Positions 1 to 9,184 of a stretch of 64,000 nt of DNA are shown here, in pieces. The notes below the pieces were generated by a model. It searched no databases, was not told the origin of the DNA, and was given only the letters and a program-made list of their open reading frames with translations. How positions within the stretch are numbered: the stretch's first letter is position 1; the number at the start of each line of letters is the position of its first letter. The stretch is from assembly GCA_934148985.1 (NCBI GenBank), contig CAKPDO010000002.1, forward strand, positions 7,163 to 71,162, written 5' to 3'. Source of the DNA: an uncultured Clostridia bacterium. Lineage in GTDB: Bacteria; Bacillota; Clostridia; TANB77; CAG-508. A program made the translations under genes and the position numbers.

Positions 1-1093
1 CTATTGTATATGTGTTTTTTGCAAGTTCACTTGCATTTTCAATTTTGAATGCATTTTCATTTGCCTTTTTTATTTCTTCTGTTTTTTCCCTGTCTGTCAT
101 AAATCCAGCATTTAACAAAGTATCTTTTATAGCATGAAACATTGACTTAAATGCAATGCTTTCATCTTCAAATCTTACTTCCAATTTAGCTGGGTGTACA
201 TTTACATCCACTTTTGCTGGTGGCATTTCTATATCAAGCACTAAAAATGCAAATTTTCCTATTGGAAGCATTCCTTTAAATGCTTGTTCGACAGCCGAAG
301 AAAGTGTTTTATCTTTTATATATCTTTTATTTACAAAGAATATTTGATTAGACCTATTAGACCTTGCAATAGTAGGTTTACCAATTACTCCTTTTATTTT
401 CATATATTCGTATTCATAGTCTACATTTATTACATTACTTGCTACTTCTTTTCCAAATATACTATATATTACATCTGTTAAATTTCCATTTCCATTTGTT
501 TGAAGTACAATTTTACCTGAATTTATAAATTTTATTGCTATTTCTGGATGCACTAATGCTATTCTTGTTACAACATCTTCAATATACCCAGATTCTGTAA
601 AATCTTTTTTTAGGAATTTATATCTTACAGGCGTATTGAAAAATAGATTCCTTACTGTAATGGTTGTTCCCTTTGAACATCCAATTTCATCAAGTGATAA
701 AACATCTCCACCTTCAACTACTATCCTGTTTCCAATATGTTCTTCTTCTGTTTTACTTACAAGCTCAACATTTGCAATTGCTGCAATACTTGCTAATGCT
801 TCACCTCTAAACCCCATTGATTTTACTGTATCTAAATCGTCTGCCGTCCTTATTTTGCTTGTTGCGTGACGTTCAAACGCAAGTTCCACATCATCTTTTG
901 CAATTCCTTTTCCATTATCTGTAATTCTTATAAATGAAATTCCTCCATTTTTTATCTCTATTGTTACATGTGTTGCTCCTGCATCTATTGAGTTTTCAAC
1001 CATTTCTTTTATTACAGATGCTGGTCTTTCTATAACCTCTCCAGCTGCTATTTTGTTTATTGTTAAATCATCTAATAATACTATGTTTCCCAT
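1..1093 (-). CDS. mutL: DNA mismatch repair protein MutL, N-terminal part (gene continues beyond window start)
   Basis: Minus-strand translation from the ATG at 1093-1091 gives MGNIVLLDDLTINKIAAGEVIERPASVIKEMVENSIDAGATHV...GFRGEALASIAA, the GHKL ATPase motifs of MutL. The frame stays open to position 1, so it is missing from the ORF track. Confidence 0.9.
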   Translation of the reverse strand, partial: MGNIVLLDDLTINKIAAGEVIERPASVIKEMVENSIDAGATHVTIEIKNGGISFIRITDNGKGIAKDDVELAFERHATSKIRTADDLDTVKSMGFRGEALASIAAIANVELVSKTEEEHIGNRIVVEGGDVLSLDEIGCSKGTTITVRNLFFNTPVRYKFLKKDFTESGYIEDVVTRIALVHPEIAIKFINSGKIVLQTNGNGNLTDVIYSIFGKEVASNVINVDYEYEYMKIKGVIGKPTIARSNRSNQIFFVNKRYIKDKTLSSAVEQAFKGMLPIGKFAFLVLDIEMPPAKVDVNVHPAKLEVRFEDESIAFKSMFHAIKDTLLNAGFMTDREKTEEIKKANENAFKIENASELAKNTYTI

Positions 1094-1115
1094 AAAATTT
1101 CATCCTTTCTTTTTT

Positions 1116-1282
1116 CGCGAGGTGCCCCATTGTGACCCATTGCGACCCATTTGGACCCATTTGGACCGGTTCTTTTTGGGTCCATTTTTTCTATTTAAAT
1201 TATTTATCAAACTATGACCCAAAAAGAACCGGTCCAAATGGGTCCAAATGGGTCGCAATGGGTCCAAATGGGTCACCTCGCG
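1116..1282. repeat. Composite palindromic element: two 67-nt arms (1116-1182 and 1216-1282) built from ~10-nt GACCCATTTG-like subrepeats around a GGACCGGTTCTTTTTGGGTC core
   Basis: The right arm reverse-complements onto the left arm with only a few mismatches. The same core recurs at 5287-5321, 32571-32640, 34868-34935, 35469-35576 and 45700-45727. Confidence 0.85.
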
Positions 1283-1411
1283 AAATACAAAAAAATTATA
1301 TCATTAAAAATTTATGTTTTCAACTACTGTAACACAATTTTTTTTAATTCATATTATATATCATACGAAAGTAAAAAAACTTGAAAATTTTTAAGCAAGG
1401 AGGTTTCTTAT

Positions 1412-1528
1412 ATGTGCTGTAACAATGACGAAATTCTTTGGTTCATTATTCTTTTCTTACTCCTTTTCTGTGGCGGATGTGGAAACAGAGGTTGCTGTAA
1501 CCAAGGCCCACAATCCAATTGCTGCTAA
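1412..1528 (+). CDS. Cys/Gly-rich hydrophobic micropeptide, 38 aa: MCCNNDEILWFIILFLLLFCGGCGNRGCCNQGPQSNCC
   Basis: The ATG lies 8 nt after AAGGAGG (1397-1403). It is below the 60-aa ORF-track cutoff. It is paralogous to the next ORF: both have W, a 9-residue hydrophobic stretch, then a C-rich GG(C)GNRG(G)CC tail. Confidence 0.55.
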   Translation: MCCNNDEILWFIILFLLLFCGGCGNRGCCNQGPQSNCC

Positions 1529-1562
1529 TACTTAAAATTTAGTATTTTTTGAAAGGTGGTGA

Positions 1563-1691
1563 ATGATTATGCCAGAAAATAGAGGTGGATGCGGCTGTGG
1601 ATTCGGATTTGGTGATGACTGCTGCTGGATTATAATTCTTATTCTTCTTATATTCTGCTGTTGCGGTGGAAATAGAGGCGGATGTTGCTAG
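1563..1691 (+). CDS. Cys/Gly-rich hydrophobic micropeptide, 42 aa: MIMPENRGGCGCGFGFGDDCCWIIILILLIFCCCGGNRGGCC (may start at second ATG, 1569)
   Basis: GGTGGTG Shine-Dalgarno at 1555-1561. Same architecture as 1412-1528. A strong hairpin terminator follows. Confidence 0.55.
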   Translation: MIMPENRGGCGCGFGFGDDCCWIIILILLIFCCCGGNRGGCC

Positions 1692-1700
1692 TTTTTTGAA

Positions 1701-1750
1701 TTGTGGACGGTTCTTTTATCGAAAAGGACCGTCCACAATAAAAATTTTTT
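1701..1750 (+). terminator. Rho-independent terminator of the micropeptide pair
   Basis: 17-bp stem TTGTGGACGGTTCTTTT / AAAAGGACCGTCCACAA (1701-1717 / 1722-1738, one mismatch), 4-nt loop, then a T-rich tract. Confidence 0.75.
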
Positions 1751-1804
1751 AAAAAGTATTGTTTTTTTTATTTTTTTATGTTATTATTAGAAGGTAATTT
1801 TCAT

Positions 1805-1879
1805 AGGAGTATAGTGTCAATGGTAGCACATCGGTCTCCAAAACCGCTTGTGAGGGTTCGAATCCTTCTACTCCTGCCA
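1805..1879 (+). tRNA. trnW: tRNA-Trp (anticodon CCA)
   Basis: Acceptor stem AGGAGTA/TACTCCT, anticodon loop CTCCAAA, T-arm GGTTCGAATCC, encoded 3' CCA; 75 nt. Confidence 0.9.
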
Positions 1880-1884
1880 AAGTA

Positions 1885-1919
1885 AAAACCGTAAAATCAA
1901 TTGATTTTACGGTTTTTTT
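1885..1919. terminator. Bidirectional hairpin terminator between tRNA-Trp and yoeB
   Basis: Perfect palindrome AAAACCGTAAAATCAATTGATTTTACGGTTTT flanked by A and T runs. Confidence 0.75.
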
Positions 1920-1920
1920 G

Positions 1921-2187
1921 TTATATATTTTCATAATGTGTCCACATACTTAAAATTTGTATTTTTTTCTCACTTTCTTTTACTTTATACACTAATCTGT
2001 GTTGTATATTAATTCTTCGTGAATACAAACCTTTCAAATCTCCTGTCAACTTTTCATATGGTGGAGGATTTTGAAATGGATTTTCTTTTATTACATCAAT
2101 TAACTTTTTAGCCTTATTAGCTAAATTGCTTTCTTTCAATTTTGCTATATCTTTTATTGCAGATTTATGATATTCTACTTTATACAC
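1921..2187 (-). CDS. yoeB: YoeB/Txe family type II toxin (mRNA interferase)
   Basis: 88 aa; ...SRRINIQHRLVYKV...ILSMWTHYE matches the YoeB signature. Sits 3 nt downstream of the antitoxin gene. Confidence 0.85.
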   Translation of the reverse strand: MYKVEYHKSAIKDIAKLKESNLANKAKKLIDVIKENPFQNPPPYEKLTGDLKGLYSRRINIQHRLVYKVKESEKKIQILSMWTHYENI

Positions 2188-2190
2188 TTC

Positions 2191-2445
2191 TTACCACTCC
2201 ACCTCTTCTTCGCTAATAAAATTTTCATCTTTATCATTCGCTCTTTTGATAATTTCATCTTTTAGATTTGGTACAGACATAATATATAGTGTTTCTATTA
2301 AACTATTATAATCTTCTTCTGATAAAACCACGGCATTTCCATTTTTAGTTGATATATTAATTGGTTCATTGAAATTTATTGTTTGTTCTAATAAAGAATA
2401 TATATCCTTTCTAAAATTGGTAATATTTATGTTGGTCATATTCAT
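2191..2445 (-). CDS. yefM: Phd/YefM family antitoxin
   Basis: 84 aa; N-terminal FRKDIYSLLEQ...NGNAVVLSEEDYNSLIETL is typical of YefM. Paired with yoeB. Confidence 0.8.
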   Translation of the reverse strand: MNMTNINITNFRKDIYSLLEQTINFNEPINISTKNGNAVVLSEEDYNSLIETLYIMSVPNLKDEIIKRANDKDENFISEEEVEW

Positions 2446-2524
2446 ACACCTCCTATCAATAGTATAGCATACGTTTTAATGTACGTCAATATTATTGTAT
2501 TATTATTTTCAAATTTTCGTGCCT

Positions 2525-5257
2525 CTATTCTTCATCTTCAAAAGAATTAATTCTAAAAAACTTAAAAATTTCAACAATAACAATAGGAGCAAATACCAAG
2601 CAAATTACCTCTACAATATTACCTGTAGGTAAAACTGGTATACTAAATATTGCCCTTAAAGCTGGAACAAATAAAATAACAAGCATCAATAATGCTGACA
2701 TTACAATAGCTCCAATAAGTTTCATATTTCCCCAAATTCCTGTTTTAAATATAGATTTTCTATTATCTCTAATGTTAAATACATGAACAAGTTCAGATAA
2801 TGCAAGTACAATGAATGCCATAGTTTGACCAACTTCTATTTTTGATTCATCTAATGTTAGACCATCTATTGGAGTATTTGTTGTAGCAAGTCCTATCATA
2901 AAAGCTGCTAAAGTTAAAATACCAATCATTATTCCTTGATAAATAATTCTAAATGTCATTGATTTTGTAAATATTCCTTTGCCTGTTTTTGTGGGTTTTC
3001 TTTCCATTATATTTTTATTTGCTGGGTCAAATGCTAAAGCCAGAGCTGGAAGCGAATCTGTAACTAAGTTTATCCATAAAATATGAATTGGCATTAAAAT
3101 CTCAAGGTGCGCAATATCTGTAATTCCAAACCATTTTGCAAAAAATCCTGTACCAAGAGTTGCTAAAAGTAATACTACGATTTCACCAATATTACTTGAA
3201 AGCAAAAATTGAATAACTTTTAAAATATTCTCATATATTCTTCTTCCCTCTTCTACCGCTGATACAACTGTTGCAAAATTATCGTCTGTTAAAATTACAT
3301 CTGCCGCTTCTTTTGCAACATCAGTTCCAACAATTCCCATTGCGCATCCAATATCGGCCTGTTTCAAAGCTGGGCTATCATTAACTCCATCACCTGTCAT
3401 TGCAACTATTTCTCCATTTTTTTGCCAAGCTTTTACAATTCTTACTTTATGTTCTGGTGCAACTCTTGCATATACTGAATATTTTTTTATGTCTTTTTCT
3501 AATTGTTCATCAGATATTTTATCAAGCTCTGTTCCAGTTATTGCTTCATCTTCATTTTCCAATATTCCTAATTTTTTGGCAATTGCTATGGCTGTAATTT
3601 TGTGATCCCCTGTAATCATAACAGTTTTTATTCCTGCTGATTTACATTTTTCTACAGCAAGTTTTGCCTCATCTCTTGGAGGGTCAATCATTCCATACAT
3701 TCCAACAAATGTTAAATCGTTTTCTAATTCTTGGATAGACGGTTTATAGTCTAGTTCTTTATATGCAAAGCCTAAGACTCTTAATGCATCTTTTGCCATT
3801 GTTTCATTTATTTCATTAATTCTATGTCTAAAGTTTTGTAAATCTGTTCTTTGTTCACCATTTAATATATAAGAATTGCAAATTGATAATAACTCATCAA
3901 TTCCACCTTTTGTAAATACTATATATTTATTATTTACTTTGTGTACTGTTGTCATCAGCTTTCTTTCTGAGTCAAAAGGTATTTCATCTACTCTTGGCAT
4001 ATCATCATATATATTTTTAGTAAAACCTAGTTTTAAAGCTACATCCACAAGTGCTGTTTCTGTTGGATCTCCTTTTAATTCTCCATTATCTGAAATTTTA
4101 GTATCATTACATAACATTCCATTATATACTAATAATTTTATCTCTTGATTTGCATTTTCATATTTTGTTATATCTTCAATATTTGTCATGTCATATGTTA
4201 CATCATTTACATACATTTTTTGAACAGTCATTTTATTTTGCGTTAAAGTTCCTGTTTTATCTGAACATATAACAGAACTGCTTCCTAAAGTTTCAACTGC
4301 TGGCAAATGCTTCACTATTGCATTTTTCTTTACCATCTTTTGAACTCCAATAGCTAAAACAATTGTAGATACTGCTGCTAACCCTTCTGGAATTGCTGCA
4401 ACTGCTAAACTTACTGCTGTCATAAACATTGATACTGCTGGTTTTCCTTGTATTAAGCCTGCTGCAAAAATTATTACACATATAATAATTGCCGCAATTC
4501 CAAGCGTTTTTCCTAAATTATTTAATTTTTCTTGAAGTGGAGTTTCTTTTTCTTCTTGATTTGATAACATTCCTGCTATTTTTCCAACTTCAGTTTTCAT
4601 TCCAGTTTCGACAACTATTGCTTTTCCTCTACCATAAGTAATTAAACTTGAAGAAAATAGCATATTTGTTCTATCTCCTATTGGAACATCTTTTTCCTCA
4701 ATTTTACTTGCTTGCTTTTCAACAGGTACTGATTCTCCAGTTAAAGACGATTCCTGTGATTTTAAATTTACTGCTTCTATTATCCTTAAATCTGCTGGAA
4801 CATAATCTCCTGTTTCTAATACAACAATATCTCCTGGAACTAGATCTTTTGCTGGTACAACTTGCAATTTTCCATCTCTTATCACCTTTGCTTCATGTCC
4901 ACTCAATTTTTGAAGTGCTTCTAATGATTTTTCAGCCTTTGCTTCTTGGGCTACTCCTATTATACTATTTACTATAACTACAATAAGTATTATTATAGAA
5001 TCTGTTATAGCTTCGCCTTGTGCTATTGATATTGCTCCAGATATTATTGCTGCAAATATTAGTATTATTATCATAAAATCTTTAAATTGTTCTAAAAATT
5101 TTATGAATAAGCTTTTTTTCTTTTGTCCTTGCAATTCATTTAAACCATATTTTGCAAGCTTTTTGTTTATTTTTTCTTGTGTTAACCCTGTTTGAATGTT
5201 TGTTTCAAGATTTTGTTCTGTTTCTTGAACAGTTTTGTTAAACCAGTTATTTTCCAT
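2525..5257 (-). CDS. Calcium-translocating P-type ATPase (P2 type)
   Basis: DKTGTLT phosphorylation motif, TGES, MITGDH, TGDGVNDSPALKQADIG. The start is set at MENNWFNK (ATG 5257, AAAGGAAAA RBS). The ORF-track N-terminal 20 aa are a read-through of the intergenic repeat. Confidence 0.9.
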   Translation of the reverse strand: MENNWFNKTVQETEQNLETNIQTGLTQEKINKKLAKYGLNELQGQKKKSLFIKFLEQFKDFMIIILIFAAIISGAISIAQGEAITDSIIILIVVIVNSIIGVAQEAKAEKSLEALQKLSGHEAKVIRDGKLQVVPAKDLVPGDIVVLETGDYVPADLRIIEAVNLKSQESSLTGESVPVEKQASKIEEKDVPIGDRTNMLFSSSLITYGRGKAIVVETGMKTEVGKIAGMLSNQEEKETPLQEKLNNLGKTLGIAAIIICVIIFAAGLIQGKPAVSMFMTAVSLAVAAIPEGLAAVSTIVLAIGVQKMVKKNAIVKHLPAVETLGSSSVICSDKTGTLTQNKMTVQKMYVNDVTYDMTNIEDITKYENANQEIKLLVYNGMLCNDTKISDNGELKGDPTETALVDVALKLGFTKNIYDDMPRVDEIPFDSERKLMTTVHKVNNKYIVFTKGGIDELLSICNSYILNGEQRTDLQNFRHRINEINETMAKDALRVLGFAYKELDYKPSIQELENDLTFVGMYGMIDPPRDEAKLAVEKCKSAGIKTVMITGDHKITAIAIAKKLGILENEDEAITGTELDKISDEQLEKDIKKYSVYARVAPEHKVRIVKAWQKNGEIVAMTGDGVNDSPALKQADIGCAMGIVGTDVAKEAADVILTDDNFATVVSAVEEGRRIYENILKVIQFLLSSNIGEIVVLLLATLGTGFFAKWFGITDIAHLEILMPIHILWINLVTDSLPALALAFDPANKNIMERKPTKTGKGIFTKSMTFRIIYQGIMIGILTLAAFMIGLATTNTPIDGLTLDESKIEVGQTMAFIVLALSELVHVFNIRDNRKSIFKTGIWGNMKLIGAIVMSALLMLVILFVPALRAIFSIPVLPTGNIVEVICLVFAPIVIVEIFKFFRINSFEDEE

Positions 5258-5328
5258 ATTTTTTCCTTTCTTTTTGGTTCCATTTTCCCCATTAGGACCG
5301 GTTCTTTTTGGTCCCATTTTTAGGCAAA

Positions 5329-5817
5329 TTATTTTTTTCCTTTAAAAATTAAAATCTTACTAAAAACAAAATTTAATATTATTACAACTATATTAGAGAT
5401 AACTTTCATTAATATGTCATTTATGCTAAGCCATACAGCCGCATTCATCATTAAAATACTTATTATTTCCGTAAAAATTCTGCAACCTAAAAATGACCCG
5501 ATTTCTCTTGCTAATTCTTTTATTCCATTAGTTTTACTATTAAATACATATAATTTATTTGTTATGTACGCGAAAAGCACAGCCGCAATAAAAGCAACTA
5601 TTTCACTTATATTTACTTTTAATGTTTCATTGGATAGTCCTTTTAATAATATTGCTGAAAATATTGAATACACTGCTATATTAACAATTGTTGACAAAGC
5701 CCCAAATACTAAGTATCTCATTCCTTCTTGATGTTTTCTATACCAAGATGCAAGACCTTTTAATCCTATTTTTTCTAATATTTTCAAGCAAAATTCTTCT
5801 ATTTTATCTATTATCAT
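5329..5817 (-). CDS. GtrA family membrane protein (polyprenyl-phosphate-sugar translocation family)
   Basis: 162 aa, four hydrophobic helices, RYLVFGALSTIVNIAVY...NKLYVFN pattern of GtrA-like proteins. Confidence 0.7.
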   Translation of the reverse strand: MIIDKIEEFCLKILEKIGLKGLASWYRKHQEGMRYLVFGALSTIVNIAVYSIFSAILLKGLSNETLKVNISEIVAFIAAVLFAYITNKLYVFNSKTNGIKELAREIGSFLGCRIFTEIISILMMNAAVWLSINDILMKVISNIVVIILNFVFSKILIFKGKK

Positions 5818-5818
5818 T

Positions 5819-6718
5819 TTACTTTGCTCCTTTTTCTATTTGTTCAAGTTCTTCTTTTGAAAAATTATATTTTGTATGGCAAAAATGACATTCTGCTTCT
5901 AGCTTTCCATCTTCTTCTATTATTTTGGATATTTCTTCTTTTCCAAGTGATATTATGCCTCTTTCTATTTTTTCTTTACTACAATTACATTTATATGTAA
6001 CATTTAAATCTTGTTCTAATATTTCTATTTTTTTATCTCCTGTTACAACTTTAGCAATTTCTTCTAAAGTCATTCCATCATCTAACATTTCAGAGATTGG
6101 CTTGGCATTTTTCAATGCTTCTTCGATTTTGTCAATTTCTTCATCTGTCGCATCAGGCATAGGATTTATTATATATCCCCCTGCTCTTTTTACTCCATCT
6201 TTATTTACAAGTACCCCTAATGCAAGAGCTGTTGGTTTTTGTTCAGATTTTGCAAAAAATTCTGTAAAATCTTCAGCAATTTCACCAGATACAAGAGGTA
6301 TCAATCCATTATAATTACTATTTGTAACTTCATTTTCTTTTATAACATTTAAATATCCTTGATGTCCTACTGCTCCTCCTACATCTATTTTGCCATTAGG
6401 TTTTAATGGTAATTCTACATGAGGATTTCCTACATACATTTTTATGTTTGCCATTTTTTTATTTTCTAGGTTTACTATAGCAACTATATTGCCAATTGGC
6501 CCTGTTCCTTTTATTTGTATTGTTATACTATCTGTTTCTTCTTTTATTTCTAAATGTGCCATCATTGCTGCTACTGTTGCCACTCTACCAGCTGCTGCTG
6601 TTACTGTTGGAGTTAAATCATGTATTTTTCTTATTTCTTCTACTAATTTCGTCAAGTCAGCACACATAATTGATACTTTTTTGTCATATGCTAAGAATTT
6701 TATTATTCTGTTTTCCAT
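5819..6718 (-). CDS. hslO: Redox-regulated chaperone Hsp33
   Basis: 299 aa; C-terminal zinc switch C-N-C ... C-H-F-C (YKCNCSKEK ... AECHFCHTKY). Confidence 0.9.
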   Translation of the reverse strand: MENRIIKFLAYDKKVSIMCADLTKLVEEIRKIHDLTPTVTAAAGRVATVAAMMAHLEIKEETDSITIQIKGTGPIGNIVAIVNLENKKMANIKMYVGNPHVELPLKPNGKIDVGGAVGHQGYLNVIKENEVTNSNYNGLIPLVSGEIAEDFTEFFAKSEQKPTALALGVLVNKDGVKRAGGYIINPMPDATDEEIDKIEEALKNAKPISEMLDDGMTLEEIAKVVTGDKKIEILEQDLNVTYKCNCSKEKIERGIISLGKEEISKIIEEDGKLEAECHFCHTKYNFSKEELEQIEKGAK

Positions 6719-6929
6719 TTTTTCTCCTTCCCAAAAGAAAACGGGTCTTTTCTGTCCTAACTCATATAAAACCCATTTTCTCCCGTCTGTTCATTTTCTC
6801 CTTAAATGTCTGCAAAAGACAATATCTATTTGATATATTTTGCATAAATTATACTTTATTTTGGCAAAAAAATCCAGACCTTTTCGGAATTATATTCCTA
6901 AAAAGCCTGAATTATTAATTTTCATATTA

Positions 6930-7202
6930 TTATTCAGCTGATCCTTCTGCCTCTGGAGCATTGTATTCATCAAATATAGCTTTTTCTATTTTTTCTCTTG
7001 TTTCTTGATTTAATGGATGAGCTATATCTTTGAATTCTCCTGTTGGAGTTTTTTTGCTAGGCATAGCAATGAAAAGTCCATTTTGGCTTTCGATAACTTT
7101 GATATCATGAATTACGAATTCGTTATCAAATGTTACAGAAGCAACTGCTTTCATTCTGTTTTCTGAATTTACCTTTCTTAAACGTACATCTGTTATTTGC
7201 AT
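6930..7202 (-). CDS. spoVG: Septation/regulatory protein SpoVG
   Basis: [11 protein letters not shown]...[19 protein letters not shown]...FIAMPS is near-canonical SpoVG. ATG 7202 follows an AGAGGTG RBS; the ORF-track start at 7211 is a GTG inside the RBS. Confidence 0.9.
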   Translation of the reverse strand: MQITDVRLRKVNSENRMKAVASVTFDNEFVIHDIKVIESQNGLFIAMPSKKTPTGEFKDIAHPLNQETREKIEKAIFDEYNAPEAEGSAE

Positions 7203-7379
7203 TTTAAGCACCTCTTTCTTTATGTTAATATTTTTATTTTGTACATATCTTTTGTTTTTTATGTACTAATTTATATATTCTTCAAAAATTTTGTTTTTCC
7301 TTCTTTTTTTTACAAATTTTTTTTATTTAATTTTTCACTTTTGTATTAATCCTGAAAATACTATGTATAGCTTAAATAA

Positions 7380-9182
7380 CTATTTTTTCAATTCATAACT
7401 TATATTATCTCTATTAAATGTTAAATACCAATTTCCTGTTTCATCATATGTAACTCTTTGTATCATTAATGTTTTTCCATCTGAATATTTTAATTCGACA
7501 TAGCAATCTCCCATTTTATAATAATTTCTTAAAATTTCATATGTTCCTTCAGTAGACTGTGTATTTTCAACTACAGGAGAAACTGCATCTATAAAGCTTC
7601 CGTCTTTTTTCAATTCCAAACTACTTCCATAGCTTATATAAGATGTTCCAAAAAATTGGGCTAAATTATCATAACTTTCTCCTGATTGCATATCAATTAC
7701 TTTCACCGTATTCCATTTTCCTATTAACTCATCATCTGATGAAGTTGTATTTTCGTCTACTTTATTTGAATTTGATATAGTAGTGTTTTCATCTTTTTTT
7801 GTAGATAAATTTGAGGTATTTTCCTGTTCTACTTTATTATCTTTGCTTAATGTATTACTTTGTTCAGTCATATTGTTTTTCGTATTTTCCAAATTGCCTG
7901 TATTTTCAATAGTTCCTGTTGCTGGCTCCTCATAATCGAATTCTGATTCTTTTATTTTTTTATATTCAATTTTATCAATATCTACTAAACAATATCTTGT
8001 ATATGTATAATCTTTATTCAATTTAAATTTCATTGTAGTTTCATATACTTCTAATTTATCTATCTCCCCTGAATCATATACTGAATTTGTTGGATAACAA
8101 TATGTAAATTTTGCTTCATATATTCCATTATTATATTTTATGTTTTCTATATTAATACATAATGCATCTCCATATCCGTCGCCATCACCCGGCATATATT
8201 CATAAGCCTTATTTTTTTCATTATAATATAATGTTCCATCCTCTGGTAATTTAATTTTTCCAGATATATTTTCACCTGTAAATTCTTTTATAACTTTATT
8301 AACTTTATCTACTCCATATACTATTTCACTATTTTCCCCATTGCTGGTTTCTTTTTCATAAATTAAATTTGTAGCAATTCCAACCTTCATTGCATTTTGC
8401 CATTCTTCTTTTGTTGCATAACTTGTTCTGTCAAAAATAACATCATAACTATTTAATGCCGCATATTTTTCTAAATATTTTTTTAATTCTATTTCTGAAA
8501 TTTTCTTTAATTCTTCAGTGTTTTCAGAAACTTCAACAGTTTTATTTTCAATATCAATTTTTATTTCTTTTAATAATTCTTGTTTAGGTGTGTATATCTT
8601 TAATTTTAAAATTTTCACATTTTCATTATAGTTTTCTATAATTATGTCATCCTCATATAATATATCATTTCCTACTGATTTCGAACTTGTTGCATTTGTT
8701 AATTCTTTTTCATCTTGGTCATATACTTTATAGATAAATGGTGTTACATTTTGTGTATCTTTTTCACTCTCTTCAACTCTTGTTATTAATTTTGCTTTTC
8801 CGTCTTTTATTTGTAATTTTTCAATCTTCATTGTTATTTTATCTGTAATTTTTAAATTTTCATATGAAATTGTTATATCTCTATCTGATAAAACTTCGTC
8901 ATTTTCCTTTGCTTCATTATTTCCAGTAATCAAATACTTTACTAAGAAAAATATGTTTCCATATCCATTTGTAGAAGCATATACATTTGCTCCTCCTAAA
9001 AGTACAACCAAACATGCTGCTGTTGCTAAAGCCTTTTTGTATTTTAATATATTAAATTTTTTATTTTCCATTTCAATCTCCCCCTTATAATTTTTTTTGA
9101 ACAAATTATCCGCATTTCTCGATATTACTTTATCTTCATTTAATTTTTCTTTTATAAATTTATCAATTTCTTGTTCTGTCAT
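7380..9182 (-). CDS. Single-pass membrane protein downstream of the sigma factor (putative anti-sigma factor with large extracytoplasmic domain)
   Basis: 600 aa with one TM (LATAACLVVLLGGANVYA) after a ~50-aa cytoplasmic head. It starts 3 nt after the sigma gene stop. The function is inferred from gene order only. Confidence 0.5.
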   Translation of the reverse strand: MTEQEIDKFIKEKLNEDKVISRNADNLFKKNYKGEIEMENKKFNILKYKKALATAACLVVLLGGANVYASTNGYGNIFFLVKYLITGNNEAKENDEVLSDRDITISYENLKITDKITMKIEKLQIKDGKAKLITRVEESEKDTQNVTPFIYKVYDQDEKELTNATSSKSVGNDILYEDDIIIENYNENVKILKLKIYTPKQELLKEIKIDIENKTVEVSENTEELKKISEIELKKYLEKYAALNSYDVIFDRTSYATKEEWQNAMKVGIATNLIYEKETSNGENSEIVYGVDKVNKVIKEFTGENISGKIKLPEDGTLYYNEKNKAYEYMPGDGDGYGDALCINIENIKYNNGIYEAKFTYCYPTNSVYDSGEIDKLEVYETTMKFKLNKDYTYTRYCLVDIDKIEYKKIKESEFDYEEPATGTIENTGNLENTKNNMTEQSNTLSKDNKVEQENTSNLSTKKDENTTISNSNKVDENTTSSDDELIGKWNTVKVIDMQSGESYDNLAQFFGTSYISYGSSLELKKDGSFIDAVSPVVENTQSTEGTYEILRNYYKMGDCYVELKYSDGKTLMIQRVTYDETGNWYLTFNRDNISYELKK

Positions 9183-9184
9183 TT

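Noticed and set aside
1116-1282. Possible CRISPR array (short direct ~10-nt repeats)
   Set aside because: The units are contiguous with no spacers, the whole structure is a palindrome, and no cas genes are present.
1132-1332. 66-aa plus-strand ORF (MTHCDPFGPIWTGSFW...) across the palindromic repeat
   Set aside because: It is a translation of the repeat arms (periodic GPNG/KRTGP strings) with no RBS. The same artefact peptides appear wherever the repeat occurs.
5258-5317. N-terminal extensions of the ATPase, dapL (32555-32638), def (35440-35562), galE (25772-25807) and dapF (33781-33810) in the ORF track
   Set aside because: The extensions read through repeat elements or RBS sequences. The internal ATGs have proper Shine-Dalgarno spacing and match the conserved family N-termini.
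3400-6833. Numerous plus-strand ORFs antisense to long minus-strand genes (e.g. 3400-3597, 3876-4148, 4648-4977, 5414-5731, 5925-6314, 6444-6833, and similar ones throughout the window)
   Set aside because: They lie entirely inside well-supported genes on the opposite strand. Their products are low-complexity L/F/I/S-rich, as expected from AT-rich antisense frames, and none has an RBS.
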